64,000 nt of DNA from the human T2T-CHM13v2.0 reference genome, Homo sapiens. Under the pieces are notes generated by a model. The model was given only the letters and a program-made list of their open reading frames with translations. It ran no database searches and was not told the DNA's origin. Location of the stretch: the NCBI RefSeq assembly GCF_009914755.1, contig NC_060929.1, one strand, 5' to 3'. Positions 15,210 through 33,413 of the stretch are shown in pieces. Numbering within the stretch: position 1 is the stretch's first letter; every line of letters starts with the position of its first letter. Made by a program: the position numbers and the translations under genes.

Positions 15210-15490
15210 AACAATGATAACAGCACTGACAAACATAATTTATGGGTACTCACCCTGTAATGAACAATGCACATAGTGTCTTGCATATATTCTAGAATAT
15301 TATTCTCATAATCGCCCCTATACCCTAGATATTTTTACGATTTTATTGGTGAGGAAAGAGAGGCTCAGAGAAGTTATGTGCCTTAGTTGTTATACCACCT
15401 ACACAGCTGGTAACTGGAGGCAATTGCTTAGAACTCTGGCCTGTTAGAATTCAAAGACCAGACCCATAACCATGCTCTGTTCTGCCTCCC
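15210..15490 (-). mobile_element. MIR SINE
   Basis: 'gtgaggaaagagaggctcagagaagtta...acacagctggtaact'. Confidence 0.75.
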
Positions 15491-15962
15491 ACTCCTTCCT
15501 TATGGCTAAAGTCATTTTGTCAAGAAAAGGCAACACAACAAGCAGTATTACTGGGTCTGACTCTGTCACTTATAGAAAATGAAACTGGGTACATTTTGAT
15601 TTGATTTTTCCAACTATTCATTGACATGGGTAGGTCAAATGTTGTACCCCTACTGTATTGAGGAGCTTGAGACTCCCCAGAGGTCACAGAGGTCATAAGG
15701 GGCAGATTGCTAGTCTGTCTGGATCACTATACTGTATTCTTTCTACAGGATGGGGAGGGAAGCCTCTAGGGATTTCAGAAAGAGATTTTCTGTTTCATGT
15801 TTTCACCAATGGATGGGACACCACATAGCCTTTTTGTGCTTAGGCCAAAGGAGACCAAACTAGTGATTAGAAAAACACCTGACCAAGAAGGCTAATGATA
15901 ATTTTGCCTCATCTGAAAGATAGGAAAACAGTCTGCCTTCTAGCCTCTTCCTCCCTTTACAC

Positions 15963-16154
15963 CAGGGGCTCTCAACCTAGGGTGTTTTTTGCCTACCTAG
16001 GGCAAATTTGGCAATGCCTGGAGACAATTTCTATGGTTATAACTGGGGCTGGGAGGGTGCTACTGGCATCTAGTGGGTGGAGGCCAGAGGTGCTGCAAAA
16101 TATCCCATCATGCACAGGGCAGCCTCCCACAACAAAGAGTTATCTGGCTCAAAA
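15963..16154 (+). mobile_element. MER20 (hAT-Charlie) DNA transposon
   Basis: 'caggggctctcaacc...tttggcaatgcctggagaca...tgctactggcatctagtgggtggaggccagagg...tgcacagggcagcctcccacaacaaagagttatctggctcaaaa'. Confidence 0.9.
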
Positions 16155-16759
16155 CCCTTCCTTTAAAGCCATGTTCTACCTATCCATTAAAAAAAAAATC
16201 CTTATTCTTCCAAAGAATATAGAAAACCCAGACAGTTCAATAGGCAAGATATCTAAATTGATTTTATAAGCAAGTTGTATAGGATCACTGAAGAGAAGGG
16301 AGATGTTTTACTTACTTATTTATATGAACATGATATTGTACAAGAAAAAAAGTATTTCTTCTCCTCCCCACTAGGAGAGACTTGGATAGTATCTTAAACT
16401 AAAAAAAAATAATAATTGAAAACAAATTATTATACCACAACTAATAAAGTATCAACTGGGGTCCTTTTTCTGTATAAATAATGTGGAACAATCCAAATGA
16501 TGCAGCTAAGCATTAATGATGCAGTGAAGTCAACATCAAACAGATAGGCATGGAAAATTCAAATAATTTCCTGTAAACAAAAAGAAATACGCAATGAGGT
16601 TAATGTAAACCTCTAGTTCACCCCCTCCTTTCCGAGGCTTTCAGAAGCATGTCATTTAGAGATGATTCCGCTGATGTGGCCCATGGTCCATGCTTCTCTC
16701 TCTGCTATTTGTTTTGGGGATATATGTGGGTTAGCAAGAGTTCATCATCTTGTTTTTAA

Positions 16760-17206
<447 letters not shown>

Positions 17207-17254
17207 GGTTCTTCTTTTCAGTCTTCTCCTTAAGCCTATGTCTTGTTTCTTCTC

Positions 17255-17645
17255 ATTAAATCATTCAAGAAACATTTAGTTATTTTTCAGCCTAAGTCAG
17301 ATTCTGTGTTAATGCTAGAAGTATGTACAGTGATGTGGAAACCAGATAGACACAGTTCCTGCCTTGATGGAGCTGCTAGTACAGTAAGGGAGAGAGGTAA
17401 CTGATAATCTCATAAATAACTATTCAATGACAGCTGTGGTAGATGTGATGGGGAACATAACCTAGGATTTGATGAGCACACACACAGGGGAGCCTGACCA
17501 AGTCTCTGTATCAGTGGGGTGAGGGTGGGAAGTATGAGATGAGGATGAAGCTGGTTAGGGTGGTTTCTTCAAGGCTGTGATGTTTAAACTGCGATCCATA
17601 GGATTAATGAGTAGTCCAGGGAAACCATGTTCCAGGCACAACAAG
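17255..17645 (-). mobile_element. L2 fragment
   Basis: 'tcattcaagaaacatttag...gacacagttcctgccttgatggagct...catgttccaggca'. Confidence 0.7.
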
Positions 17646-20049
17646 CTACCTTATACAGCTTCTGTTTGCTTATACTTTTTGCCCATATGCAAACTTACCA
17701 TGCATGTAGGTCTTCACGACTTTTTAAGCTCTTGCTACTTCTGCTTATAGCCTTATTCTCTAATATTTTCTCCTTCACATGTATAACAAAGGGAAGGTGA
17801 TTAGGTCAGTTTAGTTTTTCACCCTAGCTTTGTTTGACTTTTAAGTTATTCCTGTTTCTGCAGCTAGAGTCAAATTTCTTCACGGGCAGGAGCCAAGGCC
17901 CTCAGACAACCTTGCTTTTCATGTTCTGGGAGGCTTCTTGGTCACTGCCACATGAAAATCCTTCTTTCATATGGAAAAAGTGGGGTTTTGAACGGCATGG
18001 TAATTAATGCAACACTTAGGCTATTCCACTCTCATGTATTATTTATCCTAGTTAGAATAAGAGGAGGAAAGGAAAGCATGAGATATTCTTTGTCATCTTC
18101 ATATCTTCCTCTGTTTCAATCATTTTGGGTCAAAAAAGCATGACACCCTTGCCTTGTCCCTCCCACCTGTCATCTTCACTGAGCTTGGCTGTGATGGATC
18201 TGCCTTTCTGTGCTTCCTAAAATAGCATACATCTTGTTTGGACTTCTCAAACAATTTAAGGAAATAAACCTTATAAGTAGAATGCTGAGAAACAGTGTGG
18301 ATAATATCTTATTATTTAATTTTATCCTGAGTAAAAAATAAAAGGGACCTTATTGAAAAACCCTCTTGGATGAATCCTGTATTTAGGGCTTAGCATCTTT
18401 TACCCATGCCTTGTAAAAGAATTAATTACTTAATTTATGGTTAACAAGGAGGGAGGAATCTCTTATTTTAGGCCTTAAACAGGGAGGGATGTCAGAGACT
18501 ACTTCTTTTGCACACACCACCATGCACAGCATGGGCTGGGCAAATGGTGATGCCAAAGATCACTGCTTGAATGTTTGTTTAATGAGTGGAGGAGGAATAT
18601 TATTAAGTCTTAGTCCTGCCAAACTCTTTGGAATCTCACTGCCTTACTCCCCAGCGTACCCTTTTTATTCTTCTTCTGTTGTAGCACTTATCACATTACA
18701 CTGTCATCATCATCATCATCATCATTGCCAACACTTGTTTTGAGTTGCTTACTAAGGGTTGTTATCAAAAATAACATTGCCAAACTTTCAGAAGCTTGAT
18801 TGTTTGGGCCATTTGTGTGTCTGTCCATCTGTCTATGCATCTACCCATTCATCCATTCAAACATCCAGCTCTCTGAATAAGAGAGTCTTGGTACCTAAGT
18901 TATTTAAAGTCTAGTAGCACCATTTTGACCACAGACAACTTCTTCTTGGAGGTTTGAATTCTTAAGCTACATACAAGTGGCAGAATGAGGGTGGAATGGG
19001 ATTGAGTGGGGACAAGTGAGAGAAAGAAAGAGTGAGAAAGATACAGAGAGAGAAAGCATGTGCCTGTGCGAATGTGAGTACATATAGTAGCAAGGAGGTA
19101 CAGATTCGTTCAGCAGCTATTTTTGAAATAAGAGACTAATAAGTATATAAAACAATTTTACATATGAATATGTATGTATGTATGCACATATATATAGATT
19201 TCCCTAGAAAAATCCCAAGGTCTTAAACAAAGATCTTTTGTGAGAAGCCACAGATATTAAAAGCCACACTCATTTAAGGAGAGCATGCACAAAGAGGAGA
19301 AACTAACTCAAGGGAAACACTGAGAAATAAGGAAATGCTGAGAAATGCCAAAGGACCTTAATGAAGAGGAATGGGGTGGGAACAGGGAGAGCAAGCAAAG
19401 CCCACCATGCTGAAAAAATCAATGTAGCTATCTCACCTCTTTGCCAACCACAGTCTCAGGCATTGAAGCAGAATGGGGAAATCCAGGAAGAGTGACCGTG
19501 TTTCTGGCCCTAAAGAATTCCTTGCAGTTCCTTCAGACTCCCCCAACTCCCACCCCAGCACTCAACAGCAGTAAATCTGCTTTTGCTTCTCCATGAAGCC
19601 CTCCTTGATTTCCCAAGGCAGTGTAAGGCATAACCTCATTCTCACACCCGTATCCCCCACACTATTCATCCTTCTACTAAGAATTAATGTTTTATGACAT
19701 GGTATTTATTTGTCTGGATTATTAACCTGGCTATGGACTTGTGGGCAGGAATTTTGCTTAGGTTATCTTTTAATTTCTAGTGCCTAGCCCAGATACCCTG
19801 TTGATACCTAGTAAGCATTTGAGAAATGGAGGAGGAATAAAGGAACAGTTTGACAACACTATTATAATTCTTAGATAGAAAGACACATTCAATGGGACTT
19901 TAGACAGTCATTCATTCATTCAACCACCCAATCTACAAATATTAGTATTTACTACATACCAATATGACATGATCCCAATCCTTGAGGGTTGAATTCCCAC
20001 TAGGGGGACTCAGACTAGTCAGTAGGCTGGTAAAATGAAATGAGCTACA

Positions 20050-20465
20050 AAGAGGTAGACGGTGGTGATGGTTGCACAACATTGTGAATGTAATAAATGA
20101 CACCAAATTGTATATTTAATAATGGTTAAAATGGCAAGTTTCATGTTATACATATTATACCAACATAAAAAACTTCAAAAAAGAGTGCGTATTGTATATT
20201 ATATTTATATGAAGCCCAATGATAGGCAAACTAACCTAGTGCTGGAAATTAGAAAGTTTATGCTTTGGATTATGGAACTTTTATTGTAGAGAGGTAGGGA
20301 GAAAGTTACTTGGCGGGAGAAACTTTCTTGGCAGAAGAAATGCTTATGTGTTGTTTGGGTTGGTGATTACCTGAGTATAAGCAATTGAAAAAACTCATCA
20401 AGCTGAATATTTTAGATTCATGTTTTCAATGGTATATTAGTTATTTTTCAATAAAAAGCAAAGTG
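20050..20465 (+). mobile_element. Two adjacent L1M 3'-end fragments
   Basis: 'ggtggtgatggttgcacaacattgtgaatgta...atggttaaaatggcaagtttcatgttata' with A tail, then a second 3' end '...aaaactcatcaagctgaatattttagattcatg...tcaataaaa'. Confidence 0.8.
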
Positions 20466-20558
20466 GGAAAAAAAGAAGTAGAAGAGGAATTTATGTGAGT
20501 AACAGGAGGAACACCAAAACTCACTAGAAGATGAGATGGGGGGGTCAGAGAAGGCTTC

Positions 20559-20867
20559 TTTTCTTTTCTTTCTTTTTTTTTTTTGTTTGAGATGGAGCTT
20601 TGCTCTTGTTTCCCAGGCTGGAGTACAATGGTGAGATCTTGGCTCACTGCCTTCACCTCCTGGGTTCAACAGATTCTCCTGCCTCAGCCTCCCAAGTAAC
20701 TGGGATTATAGGCATGTGCCACCATGCCTTGCTAACTTTGTATTTTTAGTAGAGATGGGTTTTCACCATGTTGGCCAGGCTGGTCTCAAACACCTGACCT
20801 CAGGTGATCTGCCGACCTTGGCCTCCTAAAGTGCTGGGATTACAGGCATGAGCCACTGTGCCTGGCC
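20559..20867 (-). mobile_element. AluS (Sp/Sq-like), full length
   Basis: 'tttgctcttgtt' and 'gacctcaggtgatc' diagnostics; TSD ag(a/g)gaaggcttctt. Confidence 0.93.
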
Positions 20868-21036
20868 AGGGAAGGCTTCTTAAAAGACAGACAACTAAAT
20901 ATGTGGAACATCAAGGAGAAGTCTACACATTTGAAAGAAGGGAAAAGAGAATCAGAGGAGGGAAATGACATGTCCAAGGACACACTGCTGGTTGATGGCA
21001 AAGTTGGAAATAAGACCCAGTTTTTTGATTCCTCCT

Positions 21037-21373
21037 TGTATTAGTCCATTCTCACTCTGCTATAAAGAACTACCTGAGACTGGGTAATTTATGAAACAAA
21101 GAGGTTTAATTGAGTCATAGTTCCACAGGCTGTATAGGAAGAATGGCTGGGAGGCCTCAGGAAACTTAAAATCATGGTAGAAGGCAAAGGGGAAACAAGC
21201 ATGTCTTACTATGGCAGAGCAGGAGAGTGAAAGAGAAAAGAGGGAAGTGCCACACACTTCATCAAGAGAACAGCAAAGGGGGAAATCCGCCCCCACCAGG
21301 CCTCTCCCCGGACATATGGGGATTAAAATTCAACAGGAGATTTGGGAGGGGACACAGAGCCAAAACCATATCA
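21037..21373 (-). mobile_element. MSTA-type MaLR solo LTR with internal deletion
   Basis: tgtattagtccattctc...ctataaagaactacctgagactgggtaatttat...gaggcctcaggaaactta...caaaaccatatca; flanks ctcct/ctact (4 of 5 match). Confidence 0.88.
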
Positions 21374-21399
21374 CTACTCCAGGGCTCATTCCCTAAAGC

Positions 21400-21795
21400 T
21401 GTTGTGCTGGTTATTTATCTAATATCTTTCAATCCCAAGCTCACTTCTCCAATGCTGCATTTCCCAGGCATTTGAACCTCCTGTTAGACACTGTCAATGG
21501 GAGGCAGTGGTGGAAAATTGGAAGGCAGGAGGCAGGAAGGAAGTGCAACATACAGCTCTGGTTTTGTTGTTTTCTGGTGTTCCAAGTGTCAATCACCCAT
21601 TAAAGGTATGGACACCAGCCACACAGTGTCCCCTCAGAGGTTTAAGTACTAGCCACTTAGGGATCCCACCTAGAGATCCCTGTGCCAAGCCTCCAAACTC
21701 AGAAACACAATTTCAGGCCACATAACCCCCTTCAGAGGTCTGAACACCACCTATAGGTACCACACTTTAGAGGTCTGAGCACCAACCACTAACCT
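21400..21795. mobile_element. ERVL LTR fragment (LTR33/LTR41-like)
   Basis: 'tgcatttcccagg...tcaatgggaggcagtggtggaaaattggaaggcaggagg' plus internal repeats of agaggtctgagcacca. Confidence 0.5.
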
Positions 21796-21977
21796 GAGCT
21801 GAAATGAAAATCAAACTCATGATCTTTTCCCTAAACCATGTCTTCTTTCAGTGCCTCCAAGCTCAGTGAATAGCACCAGGTTATCCAAGGACTTATCTGA
21901 CACCTCTCTCTCCTTCACTCCCTCCGTCCAAAACCAAGACCAAGTACTGGCAATTCTGCAACCTAGAAAACCCTTAG

Positions 21978-22435
<458 letters not shown>

Positions 22436-22681
22436 GCTTGCCTGGACTTCTATAATAAACTTCTATAATTACTGATCTGGCCTATCTTTGTTGACCACCT
22501 GTTCTCCTTTGATTTAATGCAGTTTTCAGACACCTAATAGGGATTCAGGAGACTTGATGTCTAGTCACATCTCTGTTGGTATCCAAGAGTACAGTCTCAG
22601 GCAAGTCAGTTATTCTCCCTAGCTTCTAGTTTTCCTGTCGTAAAATATCAGGATTACTCTGTCTCTCTCTGTGCATGCATA

Positions 22682-23095
22682 CAGATGCCTGTTGACTTAG
22701 GATGGGGTAATGTTCTGATAAACCCATGGTAAATTGAAAACATTCTGCATCAAAAATGCATTTAAAATACCTAACCTAGTGAACATCATAGCTTAGCCTG
22801 GCCTACCTTAAATGTGCTAAGAACACACTTACATTAGCCTACAGTTGGGCAAAATCATCTGGCAATGCAGATCACTGTAGAGTATCAGTGATTTACCCTT
22901 CTGATTGCGTGGCTGACTGGGAGTTGTGGCTTGCTGCTGCTGCCCAGCATTGCAAGAGGGTATCATACTATATATTGCTAGCCTGGGAAAAGATCAAAAT
23001 CCAAAATCCAAAGTATGATTTGTATTGAATGCATATCACTTTCACAGTATCATAAAGTCAGAAAATTGTAAGTTGAACCACTGTGTCAGGAAACA

Positions 23096-23099
<4 letters not shown>
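22682..23099. mobile_element. MER47/Tigger5-family TcMar DNA transposon
   Basis: 'ta cagatgcctgttgacttaggatggggtaatgttctgataaaccc...aacatcatagcttagcctggcctaccttaaa...cagttgggcaaaatcatct...aagttgaaccac'. Confidence 0.85.

Positions 23100-23142
<43 letters not shown>
23096..23142. repeat. Compound (CT)n(GT)n microsatellite
   Basis: Directly visible. Confidence 0.95.
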
Positions 23143-23144
<2 letters not shown>

Positions 23145-23625
23145 TTCTGAGCATTGTAATGATCAAGGAACATCGCACAGAAGATGTAGCACTGGTTCTA
23201 GACACTGAAGGCTGAGGATCATGATTTCAAGTGAAAACCATGGCCCAAAGAATAGGCAATGTGCCCTTGTGTGTTTAGTAACAGCACAGACGTGACAAGT
23301 AGTGACAACCATATAATAAAGTTGATTTCCCGGGATTTGTGATGAGATGGGCTAGAACAATGCTCCTTCTCTAGTCTTCCTCATCTTATTCAATGGCATA
23401 CCAACCATGACTTGCTCAAGCCAAAATCTAGGCATTATCTTTGATCTCTCTGTTTTTCTTCACCAACCCACATTCAACCCATCAGCAAGTCTTGTTGACA
23501 ACATGCCCAAACCAAGTCAAATCACCTCCCACATCCCTCCTGTGCTACCACTTAGGTCCATATCACCACTGCAGTTGACTCTTAAATGCTTTTTCTTCTT
23601 CCAAACTTTTCTAATGAAAACATAA

Positions 23626-23963
<338 letters not shown>

Positions 23964-24101
23964 TAGACTAGCTTTTTTAAAAGGCCAATCAGATCATTTG
24001 GCTTATTTGCTTAAAATTCCCCTTTGGCTTTCTCCTGCAGTTGGAATAACATTAAAATTTCCTACCATGACCTAAAAGGCCCAGAATGATTTGACTTGTA
24101 T

Positions 24102-24440
24102 TGTGAGTGCTGTGTCTCATTGCCCAGATTCCCCTTTGGACAGAAGGACTTATTTTTCCCACTATTGGGAGTGCTGCTTCCAGACAGCCCTCACCTCTCA
24201 GCCCTGGCGGTCAGAGAGCAGCCCACATCCAGGGAATGTTCAGTTTGGGAACACAAAGGCCTTTCTCCCTTGTCCCAGCTTGGAACAACCCTGAAGGGCC
24301 ATCCCAGTTCACAGCTCCCCGCAGGGTTGACTGAGGCTGTCGTGACCATACCATAGCTCAGCTTTCCCCTCTGCCCAATCTTACCACCTCCCTTACTCCT
24401 GTAGTTGGTGATCTCAAGTGCTAGGGGACTCAGCCAACAG
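24102..24440 (+). mobile_element. LTR16C-like ERVL solo LTR
   Basis: 'ggaacaaccctgaagggccatcccagttcacagctcccc...gactgaggctg...tcagctttcccctctgcccaatc'. Confidence 0.75.
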
Positions 24441-25394
24441 CAACCTCTATCTAAGTCTATCCTATGTCCTCCTCCAACCCAGTAGCCTCACACTTCGTTC
24501 AGTTCCTCTACTGCACTGTGCTCCTTCTTGTCTCAGGGCCATGGCTCTTGCTGTGTCTTCTCACTGTCTGGAAACCTCTTTCTAATCTTCACCTGGTCAG
24601 TTCCTACTCATCCTTCAGAGTTCAGTTCAAAAAGACTTCCCCAGGGAATTCATCCCTGACCTGTCAGACTAGGTCAGGGGCCTTGTTACAAACTCTCACC
24701 CCATACTTTTTCCTGGCCCTTACTTCTGGTGACTAATAAATGATGTAAGTGGGCGTTTCAGATCTGCCTTTCCTGCTGGACTATCAGTGTCAGTAGAGTA
24801 GTGATTTTGTCAGCTTTTTTTCCCACCCTGTCTGCTTAACATTAAGCAGACTGCCTTATATATATAATAGATGTTTAATAAGTATATTTGTCGAATGAAT
24901 CAATGAATGATTTAATTCCCTTGTCTTGACCCTTAGTGATAGGCAGTAAAAGGCAATTATAAGTGTCTCTGAATAATTGTGGCTGACAACTTCTTTCTCT
25001 GCTTGTGAGACTACAAAACAGAACACAACAGAAGAAACTAGCAGCACCTTAAAAAGGAAAGGTGTCTGGACCATCTCCAGCTAGAAACGTGAGTTTTGGT
25101 TAGAGCCTCAGTCAGCTGAGGCTTACTGATAAATATTTCAGCCAGTGAGATAATGAAAGGATAACGATCTCAGGAGAGACTAGCAAAACTCCTCTGTGTC
25201 CAACATGGAGTTAAGTGTTTTTCCAAGCATTCAAAATGTGGCAATTAAATTAGACTCAATTCAAGTCAAGAAGTATCTGCCTTTTCTTTTAATACTCCTA
25301 AGGCTTCATTTTTTTACATGGAAATTTTCAACCTTTGTGGAGTGCTATCTGGTATACAGTGTAACAGCTAATCTTTTTTTTTTCTTTTTAACCA

Positions 25395-26850
<1,456 letters not shown>

Positions 26851-27244
26851 TTCAGAGTAGTACCTGTGGAGTTTGACCTGGGTACCGCACATTCTTCCAG
26901 TGCTCTCTCTTTGTGGAGCTAGCAAAGATCACTCTTATCTCAAGGAGCATGCAATCTACCGTGGATATCATATTGAAACATACGAAGAGGAGGCGAGTCC
27001 TAGGAAGATAATGACTATATCAAAAGTGAGGTGAAGAAACAAAGTGCTGAACAAGAGGATTAGGGACACAGGGAGAGGGCTAGAGCTTAAGGGATGAAGT
27101 TCATAGAAGAGATATTATACAGAGAACTAGGCCAAGACTGAGTCAATTTTGGAAGGAAGGTCAAGCCACTCTTTTTCAGGGGTCACATTAAAATTCTCTC
27201 AACAACCATATGAGATAGGTTTTATTTTCATCTCCACTTAGACT

Positions 27245-29050
<1,806 letters not shown>

Positions 29051-29064
29051 GTTTAACCATGTAA

Positions 29065-29085
29065 TTTCTTTCTTTCTTCCTTTCC

Positions 29086-29148
<63 letters not shown>

Positions 29149-29249
29149 TCCTTCCCTTCCTTCCTTCCTTTCCCTTCCTTCCTTCCTTTCCCTCCCTCCC
29201 TCCCTTCCTTCCTTCCTTCCTTCCTTCCTTCCTTCCTTCCTTCCTTCCT

Positions 29250-29313
<64 letters not shown>

Positions 29314-29354
29314 TCCTTCCTTCCTTCCTTCCTTCTTTCTTTTTCTTTTTTTTT
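29065..29354. repeat. Compound (TTTC)n/(CTTC)n tetranucleotide repeat
   Basis: About 290 bp of pure C/T; it lies in the tail of the adjacent Alu. Confidence 0.97.
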
Positions 29355-29632
29355 GTTTTTCAGATGGAGTCTTGCCCAGGCTGGAGTGCAATGGCGCCAT
29401 CTCAGTTCACTGCAATCTCTGCCTCTGGGTTCAAGCGATTCTCCTGCCTCAGCCTCCCAAGTGGCTGGGATTACAGGTGCCTGCCACCATGCCTGGCTAA
29501 TTTTTTGTATTTTTAGTAGAGAGGGAATTTCACTATGTTGTCCAGGCTGGTCTCAAACTGCTGACCTCGTGACACGCCCACTTTGGCATCCCAAAGTCCT
29601 GGGATTACAGGTGTGAGCCATGGTGCCTAGCT
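29340..29632 (-). mobile_element. AluS
   Basis: Antisense dimeric Alu; TSD tgtaatttcttt at ~29060 and ~29632 encloses both the Alu and the microsatellite. Confidence 0.92.
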
Positions 29633-30617
29633 GTAATTTCTTTTAAAAATATATTCAACTTGTATCCTGCAAATGTGTAAAATTCACTTATTAGTTATAG
29701 TAGTTGCATTATAGAGTCCTTGAAGTTTTCTATGTAAGTAACTATGCCATTTGTAAACAAGAATAGTTTCATCTATCTTTTCCAATCTTTATGTCTTTAT
29801 TTATTTATTTAGGCTCCCATGTTGCATTGGCTAGAATATCCAGTATGATGTTGAATAGAAGAGGTGATAGAGGACACCATTGCTTTGTTGCTGAACTTTG
29901 GGGAAAGTGTAAAGCTAGTTGCAGGTTTTGTAGGTCCTGTTTCCCAATTGAAGAAGTTCCTTCTTTTCCTTACTCACTGTGAATTTTCATTATGAGTGGT
30001 TCTGACTCTTGAAAATGCCTTTTCTGCATCTATTTAGTTAATCATATGATTTTTTATTTTTATTAACATGATGAATTGCATTATTGATTTACAAATGTTA
30101 AACCAACCTTAAATTTCTGGGATAAACCACACTTAAACATGATGTACAATGTATATATCTTACTAGATGCAACTTGCTAATTTTTTTCTTTTTAAAAATT
30201 CACGTTTATGAAGGTACATTACATATAGTAAGGTCTACTTTTTCTAAGGTAAATTTTTAGACAAACGACAAACATATATCATTGTGTGATCATCATTATA
30301 ATTAAGATACAGAGTAAATCATCCACCCAAAAAAGTCCTCTCAATTTCCTCCACCCAAACCCAGCCCTGGTAATAATTAATTTGATTTCTGTTTCTATAG
30401 CTTTTCCTGACTCAATATGTTTTACAAATGAAATAATGTCTTCTTTACACTAGCCTAATACCTTTAGGATTCATCCATGTTTTTGCGTGTATCAGGGGTT
30501 TGTTTCTAATTATTTTTGAATACTATTCCATTATATGGATATACCACAGTTTGCTTATTCATTCACCAGTTGGTAGACATTTGGGTTGTTTCTGTTGTGA
30601 AGACATGAATAATGTTG

Positions 30618-33413
30618 TATCTTAGTCTGTTAAATGTTGCTCCAAAAGAATATCTGAGACTGGGTAATTTATAAAGAAAAGAGATTTATTTAGCTCATGT
30701 TTCTGTAGGCTAAGATGTTCAAGGGCATGACCCTGGCTTCCGCTGAAGGGTTTTTGTGCTGTGTCACAACATAGCGCAGAAGGTCAAAGGAGAAGTGGAC
30801 ACATATGAAAAGAGAAAAATCTGAGGAGTGACCTGGTTTTATAACAACCCATTGTCATGAGAACAAATCCATTCCTGCTAACAGCACCAGTCCATTCATG
30901 AGGGATCTGCTTCCATAATTCAAACACCTCTCATCAGGCCCCACCTCCCAACACCACCATATTAGGGATCAAATTTCAATATGAGCTTTGATGGGGACAA
31001 ACAAACCATATCTAAGCCATCACATTCTGTCCCTGTCCCCCAAAACTCATGTCCTTCTCACATGCAATGTATAATCATTGTATCCCAATAGTCCCAAAAG
31101 TCTTAACTGTCCCAGCATCAACTTAAAAGTCCAAAGTTCAAGGTCCAAAGTCTCATCTGATATTTAAGGCACACCCCTTCCACCTATGAGCCTGTAAAAT
31201 CAAAACAAATTACTTACTTCCAAGATACAATGGTGGTACAGGCATAACAGACATTCCCACTCAAAGAGAGATGATTAGGAAAAAAGAAGGGAGTAACAGG
31301 CCCCAAACAAATCCAGAACCCAGCAGGGAAGACGTTACATCTTAAAGCTTGAGAATAATCTCTTTTGATTCCATGTGCCACCTCCTGGACACACTGGGGT
31401 GGGAGTTGGGTCCCCAAGGCCTTTGGCAGCTCTGCCCCAATGGCTTTGCTGACCTCATTTCACCCAGCTCTCCCAGGCTGGCATTATACACTGGTAGCTC
31501 TGCAATTCTGGGGTCTCAGTGGTGGTACCATTTCCACAGCTCCACTAGACATTATCCTAGTTGGGATTCTCTGCAGTGGCCTTGTTCCTATGACTCCGGT
31601 AGGCAATGTCCTTGTGGGGACACCCTGTGGCAGTTCCAACTCCACATTTCCACTCAGTACTACTTTAGTGGGGCCTCTCTGCCGTGACTATACCCCTGCT
31701 ACAAGTCTCTACCTGGGACCCCAGGCTTTCTTTTCTTTCTTTCTTTTTTTTTTTTTTTTTTGAGACAGAGTCTCACTCTGCTGCCCAGGATGGAGTGCAG
31801 TGGTGTGATCTCAGCTCACTGAAACATCTGCCTCCCGGGTTCAGGCAATTCTCCTGCCTTAGCCTCCTGAGTAGCTGGAATTACAGGTGTGCGCCACCAC
31901 ACCCAGATAATTTTTGTATTTTTAGTAGAGATGGGGTTTCATCATATTGGCCAGGCTGATCATGAACTCCTGACCTCAGGTGATCCACCTGCCTCGGCCT
32001 CCCAAAGTGCTGGGATTATCAGGGTGAGCCACTGTGTCTGGCCAGGACCCCAGGCTTTCAATGATGTTCTTTGTAATCTAGGTGGAGGCTGTCAAGCCTC
32101 CATAGCTCTTTCTTTCTGCAAGCCTGCAGAATTAGCATCATGTGGAGGCTACCAAGGTTTATTATGACTTGTACCTTCCACAGCTAGAGCATGAGCTGCA
32201 CCTGGGGCCACTTGACCTGGGGTGCCCTGAGCCTGTTCCCAGAAACCATTCTGTTCCCCTAGGCCTCTGAGCCTGTGATGGGAGTGGCAGCCTGTAAGAC
32301 TTCAGAAATGGCTTTGAGGCCTTTCCCCCATTGTCTTGACTATTAATGCCTAGTTCCCTTTTAGCCAGGAAAATTTCTTTAGTAAGGGGTGGCTTGGCTG
32401 TACCCTTGGAGTTCTCTCCTGAAAACACTCTGTCATTCTTTACCACATGGCCAGGCTGTGAATTTTCTTATTTTTTCTGCTCTGTTTCCCTTCTCTCTAT
32501 CAGTACACTATAAGCACTTAGAAGGAAACATGTAGCAGCCTGAACACTTTGCTGCCCAAAAATTTCTTTTGCCAGATACTCTAGCTCATCACTCTCAAGT
32601 TCAGCCTTCCACAAAGCCCTTGGGCATGGACACAGTTCAGCCAAGTTCTTTGCTAATTTATAACAAGGATGGCCTTCACTCCAGTTTCCAAACTTTCTTA
32701 CTCAGTTCCATCTGAAACCTCATCGGAATGGCCTTTATTGTCCATATTTCTATCAGTGTTCTGGTCTTGACCACTTAACTAATCTCTAAGGAGTTCTAAA
32801 CATTCCCTAGTCTTCTTGTCTTCTAAGCCCTCACCAGAATCTGGGCTTTTTCTACCCTGCTCCTCCAAATTCTTTTAGCTTCTTCCCATTATCCGGTTCT
32901 AAAGTTGCTGCTACATTTTCAGATATTTGTTATCAGCAACACCTTCCTTCTCAGTACCAATACTTTGTTTTAGTCCATCTTATGTTGCTATAAAAGAATA
33001 TCTGAGACTGGACAATTTATATAAAACAGAGGCTTATTTATTCACGTTTCTGTAGGTTGAGAAGTTCAAAGGTATGTCCCTGGCTTCTGGTGACGGCTTT
33101 CCTGCTGCACCACAACATGGCGCAGGTCAAAGGGGAGTGAACGTGTGTGAAAGGAAGAAAGCCTGAGAGGCTGTCCTGGTTTATAACAACCCACTCTCAT
33201 GGGAACTAATCCATTTCTGCAAGAACTGCTCCAGTCCTGGAGAGTGAGAACTCACTAACTACTGGGATAACAGCACCAAGCCATTCATGAGAGATTTGCC
33301 TCCATAACCCAAATACCTCCCACTAGATTCCACCTCCCAACACCATCACATTGGGGATGAAATTTCAACATGAATTTCGATGAGAACAAACAAACCATAC
33401 CCAAAGTACAGCA
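30618..33413 (-). mobile_element. Full-length MSTC-type MaLR element: LTR 30618-31023, internal 31024-32965, LTR 32966-33413
   Basis: Two similar LTRs (t(a/g)t(c/t)ttagtc...caaacaaaccata...ca) flank MST-int sequence ('caaaactcatgtccttctcacat', 'aagtccaaagtctcatctga'); perfect TSD tgttg at 30613-30617 and 33414-33418. Confidence 0.9.
31727..32043 (-). mobile_element. AluS inside MST-int
   Basis: Perfect TSD ggaccccaggctttc at 31716-31730 and 32045-32059. Confidence 0.95.
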
